Shown: positions 50,678-61,235, numbered from the stretch's first letter. The stretch: DNA of 64,000 bases from Dehalococcoidia bacterium (GCA_964291495.2 OZ219872.1:640001-704000); one strand, 5' to 3'. The notes: a model not told the origin generated them from the sequence alone. Program-made: numbers and translations.

Positions 50678-51642
50678 TGCGCCCCGCAACCACCACGGAC
50701 GTCGCGGACCTGCTCGACGGCATCCCCGGGGAGGCCGCCGCCGCCGCGAGCGGCGCGGCCGTCTCGTTACGACGGCTGCCTCCCCCGCGCGAGGCCTCGC
50801 GCGACCAGGCCGACCTGCTGGACGCGACGCTCTACGTCGCGCAGCCGCCCCCCGCGCGCGGCTGGGCGCTGCCCTCGCGCCGCGAGTTGCTGCTGACAGG
50901 CGTGCCGCCCGTGGCCGCCGCCCTGCTGGTGGTGCTGGTCTGGGAGCTCTGGATCCGCGTCCGCGAGGTGCCAATCTACCTCGCGCCCGCGCCCTCGCGG
51001 GTGATCGAGACGCTGAGCGAGGACCCCGCGCGCTTCATCGAGGCGGGCGGCGTCTCCGCGCAGCACGCGCTGGGCGGGCTGCTGCTCGGCGCCGGCAGCG
51101 CCTTCCTGCTCGGCGTGTTGATGGCGCACTCGCGCATCCTCGAGCGCTCGATCTACCCGCTCGCGATCCTCGTCAAGGTGACCCCGATCGTCGCGGTCGC
51201 GCCGCTGATCGTGATCTGGTTCGGCTTCGGTGTCTGGCCGAAGTTCATCGTCGCCGCGCTGATTACCTTCTTCCCGATGCTCGTCAACACGATCAGCGGG
51301 CTGCGATCGATCGACGCGGCGACGCACGACTTCTTCCTCGCGCTCGGCGCCTCGCGCTGGCAGGTGCTGTGGCGGCTGCGGCTGCCCTCGGCGCTGCCCT
51401 ACCTCTTCGCCGGGCTGCGGATCTCGATTCCGCTGGCGCTGATCGGCGCGGTGATCGCCGAGTGGATCCGCGCCGACTCCGGCGTCGGGCAGATGATCGT
51501 GATCGCGCACGGGGACTTCGACACGCCGACCCTGTTCGGCGCGATCATCGTGCTCGCGGTGATCGGCGTGGCGTTCACCGCGGCGCTCGCCCTGCTCGAG
51601 CGGCGGCTGCTCTTCTGGCACGACTCCGCGGCGGGACCGTAA
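50677..51642 (+). CDS. ABC importer permease (NitT/TauT type)
   Basis: LRLPSALPYLFAGLR, GAVIAEW. Confidence 0.93.
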
Positions 51643-51697
51643 GGCCGCCACCGCCGATGCTGGCGAGCGCGGGACTGGCCGAGGGAAGGCGAGACGG

Positions 51698-52735
51698 ATG
51701 AAGCAAGTGGCGGCGGGACGGCGTGCGGGCCGACGAGCGGCCGCGGTGCTGCTCGCGCTGCTGGCGCTCGGCGCGATCCTCGGGGCGGCCTGCGGCGACG
51801 ACGAGGGCGAGACCGAGCTGCGCGAGGTCACGTTCATGGCCGGCTTCCGGCCGCAGGCAACGCTGCCCTTCACCGCCGTCTACGTCGCCGACGCCCAGGG
51901 CTACTTCGCGGAGGAAGGCCTCGCCGTCACGATCGAGCACTCGACGCAGGGCGAGCACCTCCAGTTGCTGCTTGCCGGCGATGTCGACTTCACGACGGGC
52001 ACCGCCGCGCAGCTGATGCGGCGCCGCGCGGCCGAGACCCCGGTGCGCGCGGTCGCGCTGTTCGGGCAGCGCGGCGACCAGGGCTTCGTCGCGCACGCCG
52101 ACTCCGGCATCGAGACCCCCGCCGACTTCGCCGGCCGCAGCGTCGGCTTCAAGGCCGGCGTCGTGCCCGCCGAGCTGCTCGCGCTGCTGGCCACGGCAGG
52201 CCTCGAGGCGGACGACGTCGACCTGATCGGCGTGCCCTTCGACGAGCGCGTCTTCATCGAGGGCGGCGTCGACGTCTTCCCCGTCTTCCTCAGCAACGAG
52301 CCGAACCGCATCCGCACCGCCGGCTTCGAGATCAACGTCTTCGATCCCACCGAGTACGGCGTCGCCACGCTCGGGCTGAACATCCTCACGCACGAGGACA
52401 CGATCGCCGACGACCGCGACCTCGTGCAGGCGTTCGTGCGCGCCGCAATGCGCGGCGCGAACTACGCCGCGGCCAACATCGAGCACGCGATCGAGATCGT
52501 GCTCACCCACGCCGAGGGCGCCGACGCCTCGCACCAGCGCTACCTGCTGGAGACCGACCTGCGCAACGCGCAGCGCGCCAACGGCATGGGCCGCGCCACG
52601 CTCGACCAGTGGGAGGCGCTGCAGGCCGTCCTGCTCGAGTTCGATCCGGCCTTCGAGGGCCCGGTCGACGTCTCCACGGTCTTCGACGGCTCGTTCGTGG
52701 ACGCGATCTACAACGACGACGGCACGCTCAAGTGA
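51698..52735 (+). CDS. NMT1/THI5-like substrate-binding lipoprotein
   Basis: Lipobox GAA-C; YVADAQGYFAEEGL. Confidence 0.88.
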   Translation: MKQVAAGRRAGRRAAAVLLALLALGAILGAACGDDEGETELREVTFMAGFRPQATLPFTAVYVADAQGYFAEEGLAVTIEHSTQGEHLQLLLAGDVDFTTGTAAQLMRRRAAETPVRAVALFGQRGDQGFVAHADSGIETPADFAGRSVGFKAGVVPAELLALLATAGLEADDVDLIGVPFDERVFIEGGVDVFPVFLSNEPNRIRTAGFEINVFDPTEYGVATLGLNILTHEDTIADDRDLVQAFVRAAMRGANYAAANIEHAIEIVLTHAEGADASHQRYLLETDLRNAQRANGMGRATLDQWEALQAVLLEFDPAFEGPVDVSTVFDGSFVDAIYNDDGTLK

Positions 52736-53724
52736 CCGAACGCGGGCCCGAGGCGGCGCCGCCGGGCATCGAGGAGATCCGGCGCGCGGCCGACGCGCTC
52801 GCGAGCCTGCTGCCGCTGCCGACGCCGCTGGTCTACTCGCCGGCGCTGTCCGAACGCCTCGAGGCGCACGTCTCGCTGAAGCTCGAGTTCGCCAACCCGA
52901 TCGGCGCGTTCAAGATCCGCGGCGGCGTCTTCCTGGCGGGCGAGCTCGCCGCGGAGCTGCGCTCCACCGGCCTCGTGACGGCCTCGACCGGCAACCACGG
53001 GCAGTCGATCGCCTACGCCGCCGGGCTGCACGGCCTGCGCGCGGTGGTCTTCGTGCCGGAGGGCGCGAACCCGGACAAGATCGCCTCGATGCGCCGGCTC
53101 GGCGCGGAGGTGCGCGAGCAGGGCGCGCGCTTCGACGCCGCCAACGCCGCCGCGCTCGAGTTCGCTGCAGAACGCGGGATGCGTTATGTCGCCGTCGACG
53201 AGCCCCTGCTGCTCGCGGGTGTCGCGACCGGCGCGCTCGAGGTGCTCGACCCGCAGGGCGGACAGCAGCCGGACACGGAGCTGGCCATCGTCCCGCTCGG
53301 CGCGGGCTCCGGCGCCTGCGGCTGGGTGCTGACGCGCGAAGGCCTCGGCGCGACCTGCGAGGTCTGGGCCGTCCAGTCGGCTCAGGCCCCCGCCGGGCAC
53401 GACTCCTGGCGCCTGGGCCGCATCGTCGAGCGCCCGGACGCGACGATGGCCGAGGGCGTGGCGACGGGCATCGGGTTCGAGGTCACGCAGGCGATCCTGC
53501 GCGAACGCCTGGACGACTTCCTGCTGGTGGAGGACGAGGCGATCGCCGCGGCCGTCGTCGAGCTGCTGGAGCAGGCGCATCTGCTGGTCGAACCGGCGGG
53601 CGCCACGCCACTCGCTGCCGCGAACCAGGCGCGCGAGCGGCTGGCGGGCCGCCGCGTGGTGCTGGTCCTGAGCGGGGCGAACATCACCCTGCCGCAGCTG
53701 CGCGCGTTCCTCGACGCGAACTGA
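52732..53724 (+). CDS. PLP-dependent threonine/serine dehydratase family (no ACT domain)
   Basis: GAFKIRG, ASTGNHG, VEPAGA, LSGAN. Confidence 0.9.
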   Translation: MTERGPEAAPPGIEEIRRAADALASLLPLPTPLVYSPALSERLEAHVSLKLEFANPIGAFKIRGGVFLAGELAAELRSTGLVTASTGNHGQSIAYAAGLHGLRAVVFVPEGANPDKIASMRRLGAEVREQGARFDAANAAALEFAAERGMRYVAVDEPLLLAGVATGALEVLDPQGGQQPDTELAIVPLGAGSGACGWVLTREGLGATCEVWAVQSAQAPAGHDSWRLGRIVERPDATMAEGVATGIGFEVTQAILRERLDDFLLVEDEAIAAAVVELLEQAHLLVEPAGATPLAAANQARERLAGRRVVLVLSGANITLPQLRAFLDAN

Positions 53725-53763
53725 CCGGCAGGGGCGGAAGCAAGCGAGGACGGCGGCGGACGC

Positions 53764-55587
53764 CTAGCGCCGGATCCAGATGCTTCCGCTGGCGCGCTCG
53801 ACGTCGTCGAACAGGATCTCGAACGTCCAGCGACCCGCCTGGAGGCCGTCCTCGAACGGGAGGCCGACCCACCAGGTGCCGCTCTCGCCGCCGCGCCAGG
53901 GAACCTGCGGGGACTCGTAGGCGAGTTCGCCATCGTGGAAGACGCGCCAGCGCAGGCGCTCGGCCGTCGAGGCGCCCGAGTATTCAAAAAGCGCGAGCAG
54001 CTGCGGCGCGCCCGTCGTGGGCGGCTCGGCCTTGCCGGGCTCGACCCGGCTCATCGTCGAGCCGAAGCGCAACTGGCCGACCCACGGCGTGGGCGTCCAC
54101 ACGCCGACGTAGGCGCGGCCCGTGGCTCGCAGCTGGCCGTCGACCCACACCTCGAGCGTCCATCGGCCGTCGGGAATGCCGGAGCGGTTGGGCGAGGCGA
54201 GGCGATCCGATACGACGGCGAAGGGACCCTTCGTCCAGCGGTAGGTGGAGGAGAGGTGGTCCTGGAAGGCGTTGTAGTAGTACCAGAACTCCTGCACGAT
54301 CGCGCCGTTCGGGATGCCCTGCGCGACGAACTCGTACTGCAGCTCGCGCGTCCGCCAGGAGAAGCTCCGGCCGTAGTCGAAGAGGTTCCGCTCGCCGTCT
54401 TCCTCGATCACCTCGGCCGCGAACTGCGGCGCACCGATCACGATGCCGTCGGCGGGCGCGGCGAGCGAGGTGCCCGGCACGCCGCCGGGGTGCGAGAGCG
54501 GCGGCACGTAGGGCGCGTCGTCGCTTGTCTGGCGCGCCTCCTCGATCAGCGTTGCGGCGAGTTCAAGCGGGCGCACGTGCAGGATCGGCACGGTGGCGTC
54601 GTAGCTGGATTGCGCGGCGATGCCGATCAGGTCGCCGGCGCTGTTGAAGACCGCGGCGCCGCCGTAGCCGTGCGGGAGCAACGCGTCCGTCTTCAGCCAG
54701 GCGCGGTCGCCGAGCGCCGAATCGCCGCGCGCGCCTGCCAGGGTGGCCTCCGTGACCGTGACCGCCTGCGGTGTCTCGGCGCCCGAAGGGTGCAGCCCCG
54801 GATGCCCGAGGATCAGCAGCGAGTCACCGTTCGCCAGCACGCTCGAGTCGCCGATCCCGGCCGCCGGCAGCACGAGCAGCGCTCCGCCCGTGTTGCCGGA
54901 GCCTTCCTCCGTGGCGTCGCTCGCGACGGCGGCGGGTGGGCTGCCGATCTCGTCGAGCAGCCCCACGACGCGCAGCACCGCCAGCTCCGCGACCGGATCG
55001 ATCGCCGCGAGGACGGCGCTGTAGGCGACCACCGGCTCCTCACCCGGGATGGGGCTGACGGCGATGGCGATCTCCGAGTAGCGCCTCGTACCGTCCGCCT
55101 CGAACGGGGCGACCACGTGGGCGCTCGTCAGAATCAGTCCGTGTGCGACATCAATCACCACACCGCTGCCGTCGCGGACGATCGGCGGATTCCGTTCGAG
55201 ATCGGTGACGAGTACCTGCACGACGCTGCGCGCCAGCTTGGCGCGGAACTCGTCCGGGTCCGACTCGTCGCCTTGCACGGCATCGCTCGCGTCGTGGTCG
55301 TTCTGCTCGTCGGCGGTTGGAACGGCGACGGTGTCCTCGCCGGCGGCGGGCTGCAGCTCGGTGGGGATCAGCAGGGGTCCGGGAGTGGTAGAAGGAGTCG
55401 GCGTGGCGGTGGGCGCGGGGGTCGCGGCGGGAGCCGGCGTGGCAGCGGGCGCGGGGGTCGCGGCGGGCGCGACAGCCGTAGGCGTGGGTTCCTCGCCCGG
55501 GATCAGATCGGCCGCCTGCTCACAGCCGGCGGCCGCGACGGCGCCCGCCAACAGAGCGAAACACAACAACGTCCGACGAAGCACCAA
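53764..55587 (-). CDS. Lipoprotein with trypsin-like (S1C) domain, catalytic Ser apparently absent
   Basis: Lipobox AAG-C, PAATPA linker, GSGVVI, LTSAHVV, TDALLPHGYGG. Confidence 0.8.
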   Translation of the reverse strand: MVLRRTLLCFALLAGAVAAAGCEQAADLIPGEEPTPTAVAPAATPAPAATPAPAATPAPTATPTPSTTPGPLLIPTELQPAAGEDTVAVPTADEQNDHDASDAVQGDESDPDEFRAKLARSVVQVLVTDLERNPPIVRDGSGVVIDVAHGLILTSAHVVAPFEADGTRRYSEIAIAVSPIPGEEPVVAYSAVLAAIDPVAELAVLRVVGLLDEIGSPPAAVASDATEEGSGNTGGALLVLPAAGIGDSSVLANGDSLLILGHPGLHPSGAETPQAVTVTEATLAGARGDSALGDRAWLKTDALLPHGYGGAAVFNSAGDLIGIAAQSSYDATVPILHVRPLELAATLIEEARQTSDDAPYVPPLSHPGGVPGTSLAAPADGIVIGAPQFAAEVIEEDGERNLFDYGRSFSWRTRELQYEFVAQGIPNGAIVQEFWYYYNAFQDHLSSTYRWTKGPFAVVSDRLASPNRSGIPDGRWTLEVWVDGQLRATGRAYVGVWTPTPWVGQLRFGSTMSRVEPGKAEPPTTGAPQLLALFEYSGASTAERLRWRVFHDGELAYESPQVPWRGGESGTWWVGLPFEDGLQAGRWTFEILFDDVERASGSIWIRR

Positions 55588-55740
55588 AGCCCCCCAGGCG
55601 CTTGTCTCCGCCTCCGCGCACGGCGGCCAGCCGCCCCAAACCTACCGCGCTGGCCGTTACATGTCATCTCGGCACCGGTCACCGCGCGGTCGGAAGCGGC
55701 GGTTGTCGTACACTCCCCGGGCAGCGGGGAGGTCCCTCTC

Positions 55741-56556
55741 GTGCAGTGGCTGGACCGGATGCGGCCCCCGTCGGTCGCCGTCGTAGACCTGCAGGGAATG
55801 ATCGGGCCGGCGGTCCGTCCAATGGACTTCACGCGCCTCCTCGCGCGGCTGCGCGAGGACCAGTCGGTACGTGCCGTCGTCCTCAACATCGACTCGCCCG
55901 GCGGCACGGCGGTGGGCTCGGAGATGATCGCGCGCGCCGTGCGGCGGCTGCGCGAGGAGAAGCCGACCGCCGCCTTCATCGGCGGGATCGGCGCGTCCGG
56001 CGGCTACATGATCGCCGCCTCCTGCGAGCGGATCGTCGCCCTGCCCTCGGCGATCGTCGGCGCGATCGGCGTCATCTCCTACCGCCCGATCGTGCACGAG
56101 GCGCTCGATCGCCTCGGCGTGCAGATGCACGTCGGCAAGTCCGGCCGCCTCAAGGACATGCTCTCCCCGTTCCGCGAGCCCACCGAGGAGGAACGCGAGA
56201 AGGAGCAACGCCTGCTCGATTCGCTCTACGAGCTGTTCGTCGAGGGCGTCGCCAGCGATCGCGGCCTCGAGACCGACCACGTGCGCGAGCTCGCCACCGG
56301 CGAGGTCTACGCCGCCGCCGACGCCATCGAGCGCCAGCTGATCGACGACACCGGCGACCTCGACGACGCGATCGACTGGGCGGCGGAGCAGGCGCAGACA
56401 CCGAGGCGCGTGCGGCTGGTCCGCCCTCGCAAGGGCCTGCGCGGGCTGCTGCTCGGTCGCGCCTCGGCGGCGCTGGTCGCCGGCCTCCTCACGGAGCTGG
56501 ACTCCTCGTTGCCCTCGGGAGGGGGCTACGCGCTCTACACCGGTGGCCGGACGTGA
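55741..56556 (+). CDS. sppA: Signal peptide peptidase SppA (S49, short form)
   Basis: IDSPGG, GASGGYMIA, VGAIGV, SGRLKD. Confidence 0.92.
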   Translation: MQWLDRMRPPSVAVVDLQGMIGPAVRPMDFTRLLARLREDQSVRAVVLNIDSPGGTAVGSEMIARAVRRLREEKPTAAFIGGIGASGGYMIAASCERIVALPSAIVGAIGVISYRPIVHEALDRLGVQMHVGKSGRLKDMLSPFREPTEEEREKEQRLLDSLYELFVEGVASDRGLETDHVRELATGEVYAAADAIERQLIDDTGDLDDAIDWAAEQAQTPRRVRLVRPRKGLRGLLLGRASAALVAGLLTELDSSLPSGGGYALYTGGRT

Positions 56557-57107
56557 TCATCCCGTTCGGCGGCAAGACCCCAGAGATCGCGGACAGCGCC
56601 TGGATCGCGCCCGGCGCGACTATCATCGGCGACGTCGTGATCGGCGAGCGCAGCTCGGTCTGGCCGGGCGCCGTGATCCGCGGCGACTACGCGCCGATCC
56701 GCATCGGCGCGGACGTGAGCGTGCAGGACAACGTCGTGATCCACAACGACGAGCCGCTGACGATCGGCGATGACGTCACGATCGGGCATGCCGTCGTCAT
56801 TCACTGCAAGGCGATCGGCGACGGCGTGCTGGTGGGCAACAACTCCACCGTGATGCCCGGCGCGGTGGTCGGCGAGAACTCGATCGTCGGGGCCGGCGCG
56901 CTGGTGCCTCCGAGGATGGAGACGCCGCCGAACTCGCTCGTGCTCGGCGTGCCGGGCAAGGTGCGCGAGGCCGCGCCGGACCGCATCGAGCGCCTCAAGC
57001 GCGAGTCCGAGGGCCCGATGCCGTACTCCGAGAACGCGGCGCGCTACCGCGCCGAAGGCATCGAGGATCGCACCGTCTGGACCCCTCCCGGGAGCGAAGC
57101 CACTTAA
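56553..57107 (+). CDS. Gamma-carbonic anhydrase family protein
   Basis: Hexapeptide repeats, IRGD, VQDNVVIH, TIGH, GVPGK. Confidence 0.92.
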   Translation: MIIPFGGKTPEIADSAWIAPGATIIGDVVIGERSSVWPGAVIRGDYAPIRIGADVSVQDNVVIHNDEPLTIGDDVTIGHAVVIHCKAIGDGVLVGNNSTVMPGAVVGENSIVGAGALVPPRMETPPNSLVLGVPGKVREAAPDRIERLKRESEGPMPYSENAARYRAEGIEDRTVWTPPGSEAT

Positions 57108-57197
57108 CGCTCCGGTTACGGTGCGCAGCCGTACGGTGGATCTGCGGCGCGCACGATTCGCAGCCGCTGTCCTCCCGGCAATCCACGGAGGTGCGCG

Positions 57198-58454
57198 ATG
57201 CGGCGAAGCACCTGGATCAACGCCATCGGGATGTCCATCGTCATCGTTGCCTCGATGACGCTTGGCGGCCTCCTGGCCGTGAATGTCACCGGCGACCGCG
57301 GGGACGCTGCGCCTCCGACGAGCGTCGCCGTCGCGACGGCCGCCCCCACGCCGGCGGCAACCGCACCGCCCGCGCCGACCCCAAGCCCCGCCGCCACCCC
57401 GACGCCCGCCGCAACTCCGATCGCAACTCCCACGGCGACCGCGCAGCCGAGCGAGACCCGCGAGGCCGCCGTCACGTCTGCGTCGGGCGGGGAACCGGCG
57501 GCGGCCCTGCCCGACCTGCCCGATCTGGTCGAGCAGGTGATGCCCTCGATCGTGCAGATCCGCGTCGGCAGCTCCGGCACGGGGAGCGGCATCGTGATCG
57601 ACCGCGACGGGCACATCCTCACGAACCGCCACGTGATCGAGAACGCCACCAGCATCGTCGTCGAGCTGCGCGACGGGACGACCGGGACGGCGGAGGTGAT
57701 GGGCGCCGACGCCGGGAACGACCTCGCGGTGATCCGTGCCGACCTGCCCGCCGAGTCCCTCACCCCGGCCGTGTTCGGTGACTCGAGCGCGGTCCGCGTG
57801 GGCGAGCCGGTGTTCGCCATCGGCAACCCGTTCGGGCTCGGGTTCACCGTGACCTCGGGGATCATCAGCGGCCTCGGGAGGGAGTCCGACGGCGAACCGG
57901 GCGGGCACCGCATCCGCGGCGTGCTGCAGACCGACGCCGCCGTGAACCCCGGCAACTCCGGAGGTCCACTCTTCAACGGCAGCGGCGAGGTGATCGGGAT
58001 CAACACGGCGCTCGAGAACCCCTACGGCCAGCGGGTGTTCGTAGGCGTCGGCTACGCGGTGCCCTCGAACACGGCGCTGCGCTTCATCCCCGCCCTCATC
58101 GCCGGCGAGGAGATCGAGCACCCGCAGCTCGGCATCTCCGGCATCGGGCTGGATGTGATCAGCGCCGAGGACGCCGGCGTCGACACCGTGCGAGGCGTCT
58201 ACATCACCCACGTCGTGCCGGACAGCGCCGCCGACGCCGCGGGCCTGATCGCGGCCTCGGAGGATGACGGCTCCGGCCTCGACCGCGGCGGCGACGTGAT
58301 CACGGCGATCGACGGCGTCGAGGTGAACGACGTCCAGGAGCTCGCCCGCATCATCGACAGTCATGACGTCGGCGACACGGTCACGCTGAAGGTGCTGCGC
58401 GACGGTCAGTCGATCACCGTCGAAGCCGAGCTGCGCGCCTGGATCACGAGCTGA
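57198..58454 (+). CDS. HtrA/DegP-family serine protease with PDZ domain
   Basis: LTNRHV, DLAV, QTDAAVNPGNSGG, GDVITAIDG. Confidence 0.95.
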   Translation: MRRSTWINAIGMSIVIVASMTLGGLLAVNVTGDRGDAAPPTSVAVATAAPTPAATAPPAPTPSPAATPTPAATPIATPTATAQPSETREAAVTSASGGEPAAALPDLPDLVEQVMPSIVQIRVGSSGTGSGIVIDRDGHILTNRHVIENATSIVVELRDGTTGTAEVMGADAGNDLAVIRADLPAESLTPAVFGDSSAVRVGEPVFAIGNPFGLGFTVTSGIISGLGRESDGEPGGHRIRGVLQTDAAVNPGNSGGPLFNGSGEVIGINTALENPYGQRVFVGVGYAVPSNTALRFIPALIAGEEIEHPQLGISGIGLDVISAEDAGVDTVRGVYITHVVPDSAADAAGLIAASEDDGSGLDRGGDVITAIDGVEVNDVQELARIIDSHDVGDTVTLKVLRDGQSITVEAELRAWITS

Positions 58455-58473
58455 CCCGACGCCCTCGAGGGAC

Positions 58474-59028
58474 TCAGCGCGCGGGCGGCAGCGGCAGCGG
58501 ACGTCCGGCGACCAGCAGCCACGCGCGATCGGCGGCGACGGCGACGCGCTGGTTCACGCGGCCCAGCAGATCGCGGTAGTGGCGGCCCAGCGGGTACTCC
58601 GGCACCAGCCCCGCGCCGACCTCGTTCGTCACCACGATCGTCTCGCCCTCGCGCGCGCGCGCGAGGGCGACCAGCCGCTCGACCTCGCAGTCCAGCTCGG
58701 CATCGAGGGCGGCGACATCGTCGAGAGTTGGCGCCTCGCCGAGCTCGATCAGGCGGTTGTTCACCCACAGCGAGAGGCAGTCGAGCAGCACGCACGAGGC
58801 GGCGTCGGCCGCGACGAGCGCGCTCACCGGGTCGCGAGGCGCCTCGATTGTGCGGGCGTCCGCCGGACGGTCCCGGCGGTGCGCCTCGATCCGGGCGGCC
58901 AGCTCCTCGTCGCTCGCGACCATGGTCACGAGGTAGACGAGCGGCCGGCCCGTCTCGCGCGCCAGTTGCTCCGCGAAGCGGCTCTTGCCGGAGCGTGCGC
59001 CCCCGGTGACGAAGCTGATCTCACCCAT
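58474..59028 (-). CDS. cobU: Adenosylcobinamide kinase/guanylyltransferase
   Basis: TGGARSGKS, LDCLSLW, VTNEVG, RDLLG. Confidence 0.95.
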   Translation of the reverse strand: MGEISFVTGGARSGKSRFAEQLARETGRPLVYLVTMVASDEELAARIEAHRRDRPADARTIEAPRDPVSALVAADAASCVLLDCLSLWVNNRLIELGEAPTLDDVAALDAELDCEVERLVALARAREGETIVVTNEVGAGLVPEYPLGRHYRDLLGRVNQRVAVAADRAWLLVAGRPLPLPPAR

Positions 59029-59055
59029 GTGCGAACGTCGGGCCACGCACCCCGG

Positions 59056-59856
59056 TTACGTGAACAGCAGCGGGTCGAGCCAGCCCTCGGAGGAGGCGGC
59101 CACGAGCGCGATCAGCGTCGTCGCCTGGGCGATCTCGATCGCCGCGCCGTGGGTGTCGCCCGTCACGCCGTGGAGCATCCTCGCGGCGGCGGCGGAGAGG
59201 ATCAGCGCGCCCCCGAAGGCGACGAGCGGCAGCACCAACCCTCCGGCGCCGAACAACACGGCCGAGGCGGCGAAGGCGATCACGGCGGAGAGCGGGGCGG
59301 CCAGCGGCCAGGCGCCCTGCCGCAGCGCGAAGCCCAGCCCTCGAGGCCGCGCGGGCGGGAACAGCACCGCGATCGGCGCGACGGACCAGCGCGCCAGCGC
59401 CGGCGCGAGCACCAGGCCGGCGGTGCGCACGTCGCCATCGAGGGCGGCGAGCGCGGACCACTGCACGATCAGCACGATCACCAGCGCCATCACGCCCGCC
59501 GGGCCGACGTTGCCCGCGGCCATCACGCCCAGGCGCTGGGCGCGGTCACCTTGCAGCGCCATCCCGTCGGCGGTGTCGGCGACGCCGTCGAGGTGCAGCC
59601 CGGCGCTGATCACCGCGAGGAAGGCGATCAGCACGGCCGAGACGACGCCTCTCGGCAGCAGCTCGCCGAGCAGTGAGTCGATCAGAGCCAGGCACAGTCC
59701 GATCAGCAGGCCGACCGCCGGGTACCAGCCGAGCGCCCGCCCGAAGCTGCGGTCGTCCCAGGTCCGCACGGCGCGCAGCCGCAGCGGTGTGATGAACTCG
59801 AGGGCGATCAGCGCAGCCCCGAGTTGCGCGCGCAGTTCCGCGAAGGCGCCCATCAT
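59056..59856 (-). CDS. cobS: Cobalamin synthase
   Basis: GLHLDGVADTADG, GVTGDTHGA. Confidence 0.94.
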   Translation of the reverse strand: MMGAFAELRAQLGAALIALEFITPLRLRAVRTWDDRSFGRALGWYPAVGLLIGLCLALIDSLLGELLPRGVVSAVLIAFLAVISAGLHLDGVADTADGMALQGDRAQRLGVMAAGNVGPAGVMALVIVLIVQWSALAALDGDVRTAGLVLAPALARWSVAPIAVLFPPARPRGLGFALRQGAWPLAAPLSAVIAFAASAVLFGAGGLVLPLVAFGGALILSAAAARMLHGVTGDTHGAAIEIAQATTLIALVAASSEGWLDPLLFT

Positions 59857-59879
59857 TCTCTCCTGACCTACCCGGCTCC

Positions 59880-60986
59880 TCAGCTGTGCGGCGAGGCGTC
59901 CGAGACTCCAGCCTCGCCGAAGGTCGCCATCTCGTCGAGCACGCGGCAGGCGGCGACGCAGAGCGAGATGCCGAGCGCGGCGCCGCTCCCCTCGCCGAGC
60001 CGCATCCCGAGGTCGAGCAGCGGCTCGGTCTCGAGCGCCTCGAGCACCGCCGCGTGCCCCGGCTCGGGCGAGCGGTGCGAGGCGACGACGTAGTCTCGCA
60101 CGTCGGGCGCGATCGCCGCAGCGATCAGCGCGGCGGCTCCGGAGATCAGGCCGTCCATCACCGCCGGGATCCGCACCGCCGCCGCTCCGAGATAGACCCC
60201 CGCCAGCACGCCGATCTCGTGCCCGCCGAGCGCCGCGAGCAGCGCGACGCCGTCCGCGGGGTCTGGACGGTTCGCGGCGAGCGCGGCCTCGACGGCGGCG
60301 ATCTTGGCGCGCAATGCCGTGCCCTCGACGCCGCTGCCACGCCCGGTCACGGCCTCGGCGGGCCGTCCGGTGACGGCTGCGATCAGCGCCGCGGCCGCCG
60401 TGCTATTGCCGATGCCCATCTCGCCGCAGCCGACGATGTCGAGCCCCGCTCCCGCGCGCTCCTCCTCGACTAGCGCGATGCCGGCGGCGATCGCGCGCTC
60501 GGCGGTCTCACGGCTCATCGCCGGGCCCTCGGTGATGTCGCCGCTGCCGCGCGGCAGGTCGAGGCGCACAAGCTCCGTGCTGCCTGAACGCCCGGCCGGC
60601 GCATCGGGCGCCGACAGCACACCGGAGTCGACGACGCGCACGCGCGCCCCCGCGTGGTCGGCGAGCACGTTGATGGCCGCGCCCCCCGCGAGGAAGTTCG
60701 CGACCATCTGCGCCGTCACCTCGGGCGGGTATGCGGAGACGCCTCGGGCAGCCACGCCGTGGTCGGCGGCAGCCACCACCACCAGCCGCAGCTCCAGCCG
60801 CGGACGCGCGCAGCCGCGCATCCCGGCGATGCGCACGGCGAGCTCCTCGAGCCGTCCGAGCGCGCCCGGCGGCTTCGTCAACTGGTCCTGGCGGGCGCGC
60901 GCCGCTGCGGCGGCAGCGGCGTCGGGGGGCGCGATCGCTGCGACGGCGTCGGCGATCCGGGCGGCGGGGTCCGATCGGGACGGCAT
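59880..60986 (-). CDS. cobT: Nicotinate-nucleotide--DMB phosphoribosyltransferase
   Basis: LTKPPGALGRLE, AADHG, GEMGIGNST, LGMRLGEGSG. Confidence 0.96.
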   Translation of the reverse strand: MPSRSDPAARIADAVAAIAPPDAAAAAAARARQDQLTKPPGALGRLEELAVRIAGMRGCARPRLELRLVVVAAADHGVAARGVSAYPPEVTAQMVANFLAGGAAINVLADHAGARVRVVDSGVLSAPDAPAGRSGSTELVRLDLPRGSGDITEGPAMSRETAERAIAAGIALVEEERAGAGLDIVGCGEMGIGNSTAAAALIAAVTGRPAEAVTGRGSGVEGTALRAKIAAVEAALAANRPDPADGVALLAALGGHEIGVLAGVYLGAAAVRIPAVMDGLISGAAALIAAAIAPDVRDYVVASHRSPEPGHAAVLEALETEPLLDLGMRLGEGSGAALGISLCVAACRVLDEMATFGEAGVSDASPHS

Positions 60987-61133
60987 AGGGCACTCCGGCG
61001 CGCACGCCCCGCGGGGCGTGTGCGGTCCGCGCGCAGTATGCCGTCCGGGCCTCGCAGAGGGCTATCGCGTTCGATTATGACGACCGATTTGTGCGAAATC
61101 GCACGATTTTCGCCGGATCCGGCCGGTTTCCGA

Positions 61134-61172
61134 TTGTGAAATGCTTGACAAACGAGGAACGGGCCGTATGAT
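61134..61172 (+). promoter_or_regulatory. Sigma70 promoter with overlapping Rex/CRP-like box
   Basis: TTGACA(61145)-16 nt-TATGAT(61167); TTGTGAA-ATGC-TTGACAA at 61134-61151. Confidence 0.75.
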
Positions 61173-61235
61173 CCGCGCGTCACAAGCCAATACAAACGGT
61201 TTGTGACGGGGCGCGTTGGCCCTCAGCCTCGATGC

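Noticed and set aside
55395-55470. 18-bp tandem repeats
   Set aside because: Encode an ordinary PAATPA linker; a similar linker is present in HtrA
60987-61130. Cobalamin riboswitch upstream of cobT
   Set aside because: No B12-box or other consensus seen; the nearby RNA is on the other strand and of ydaO type
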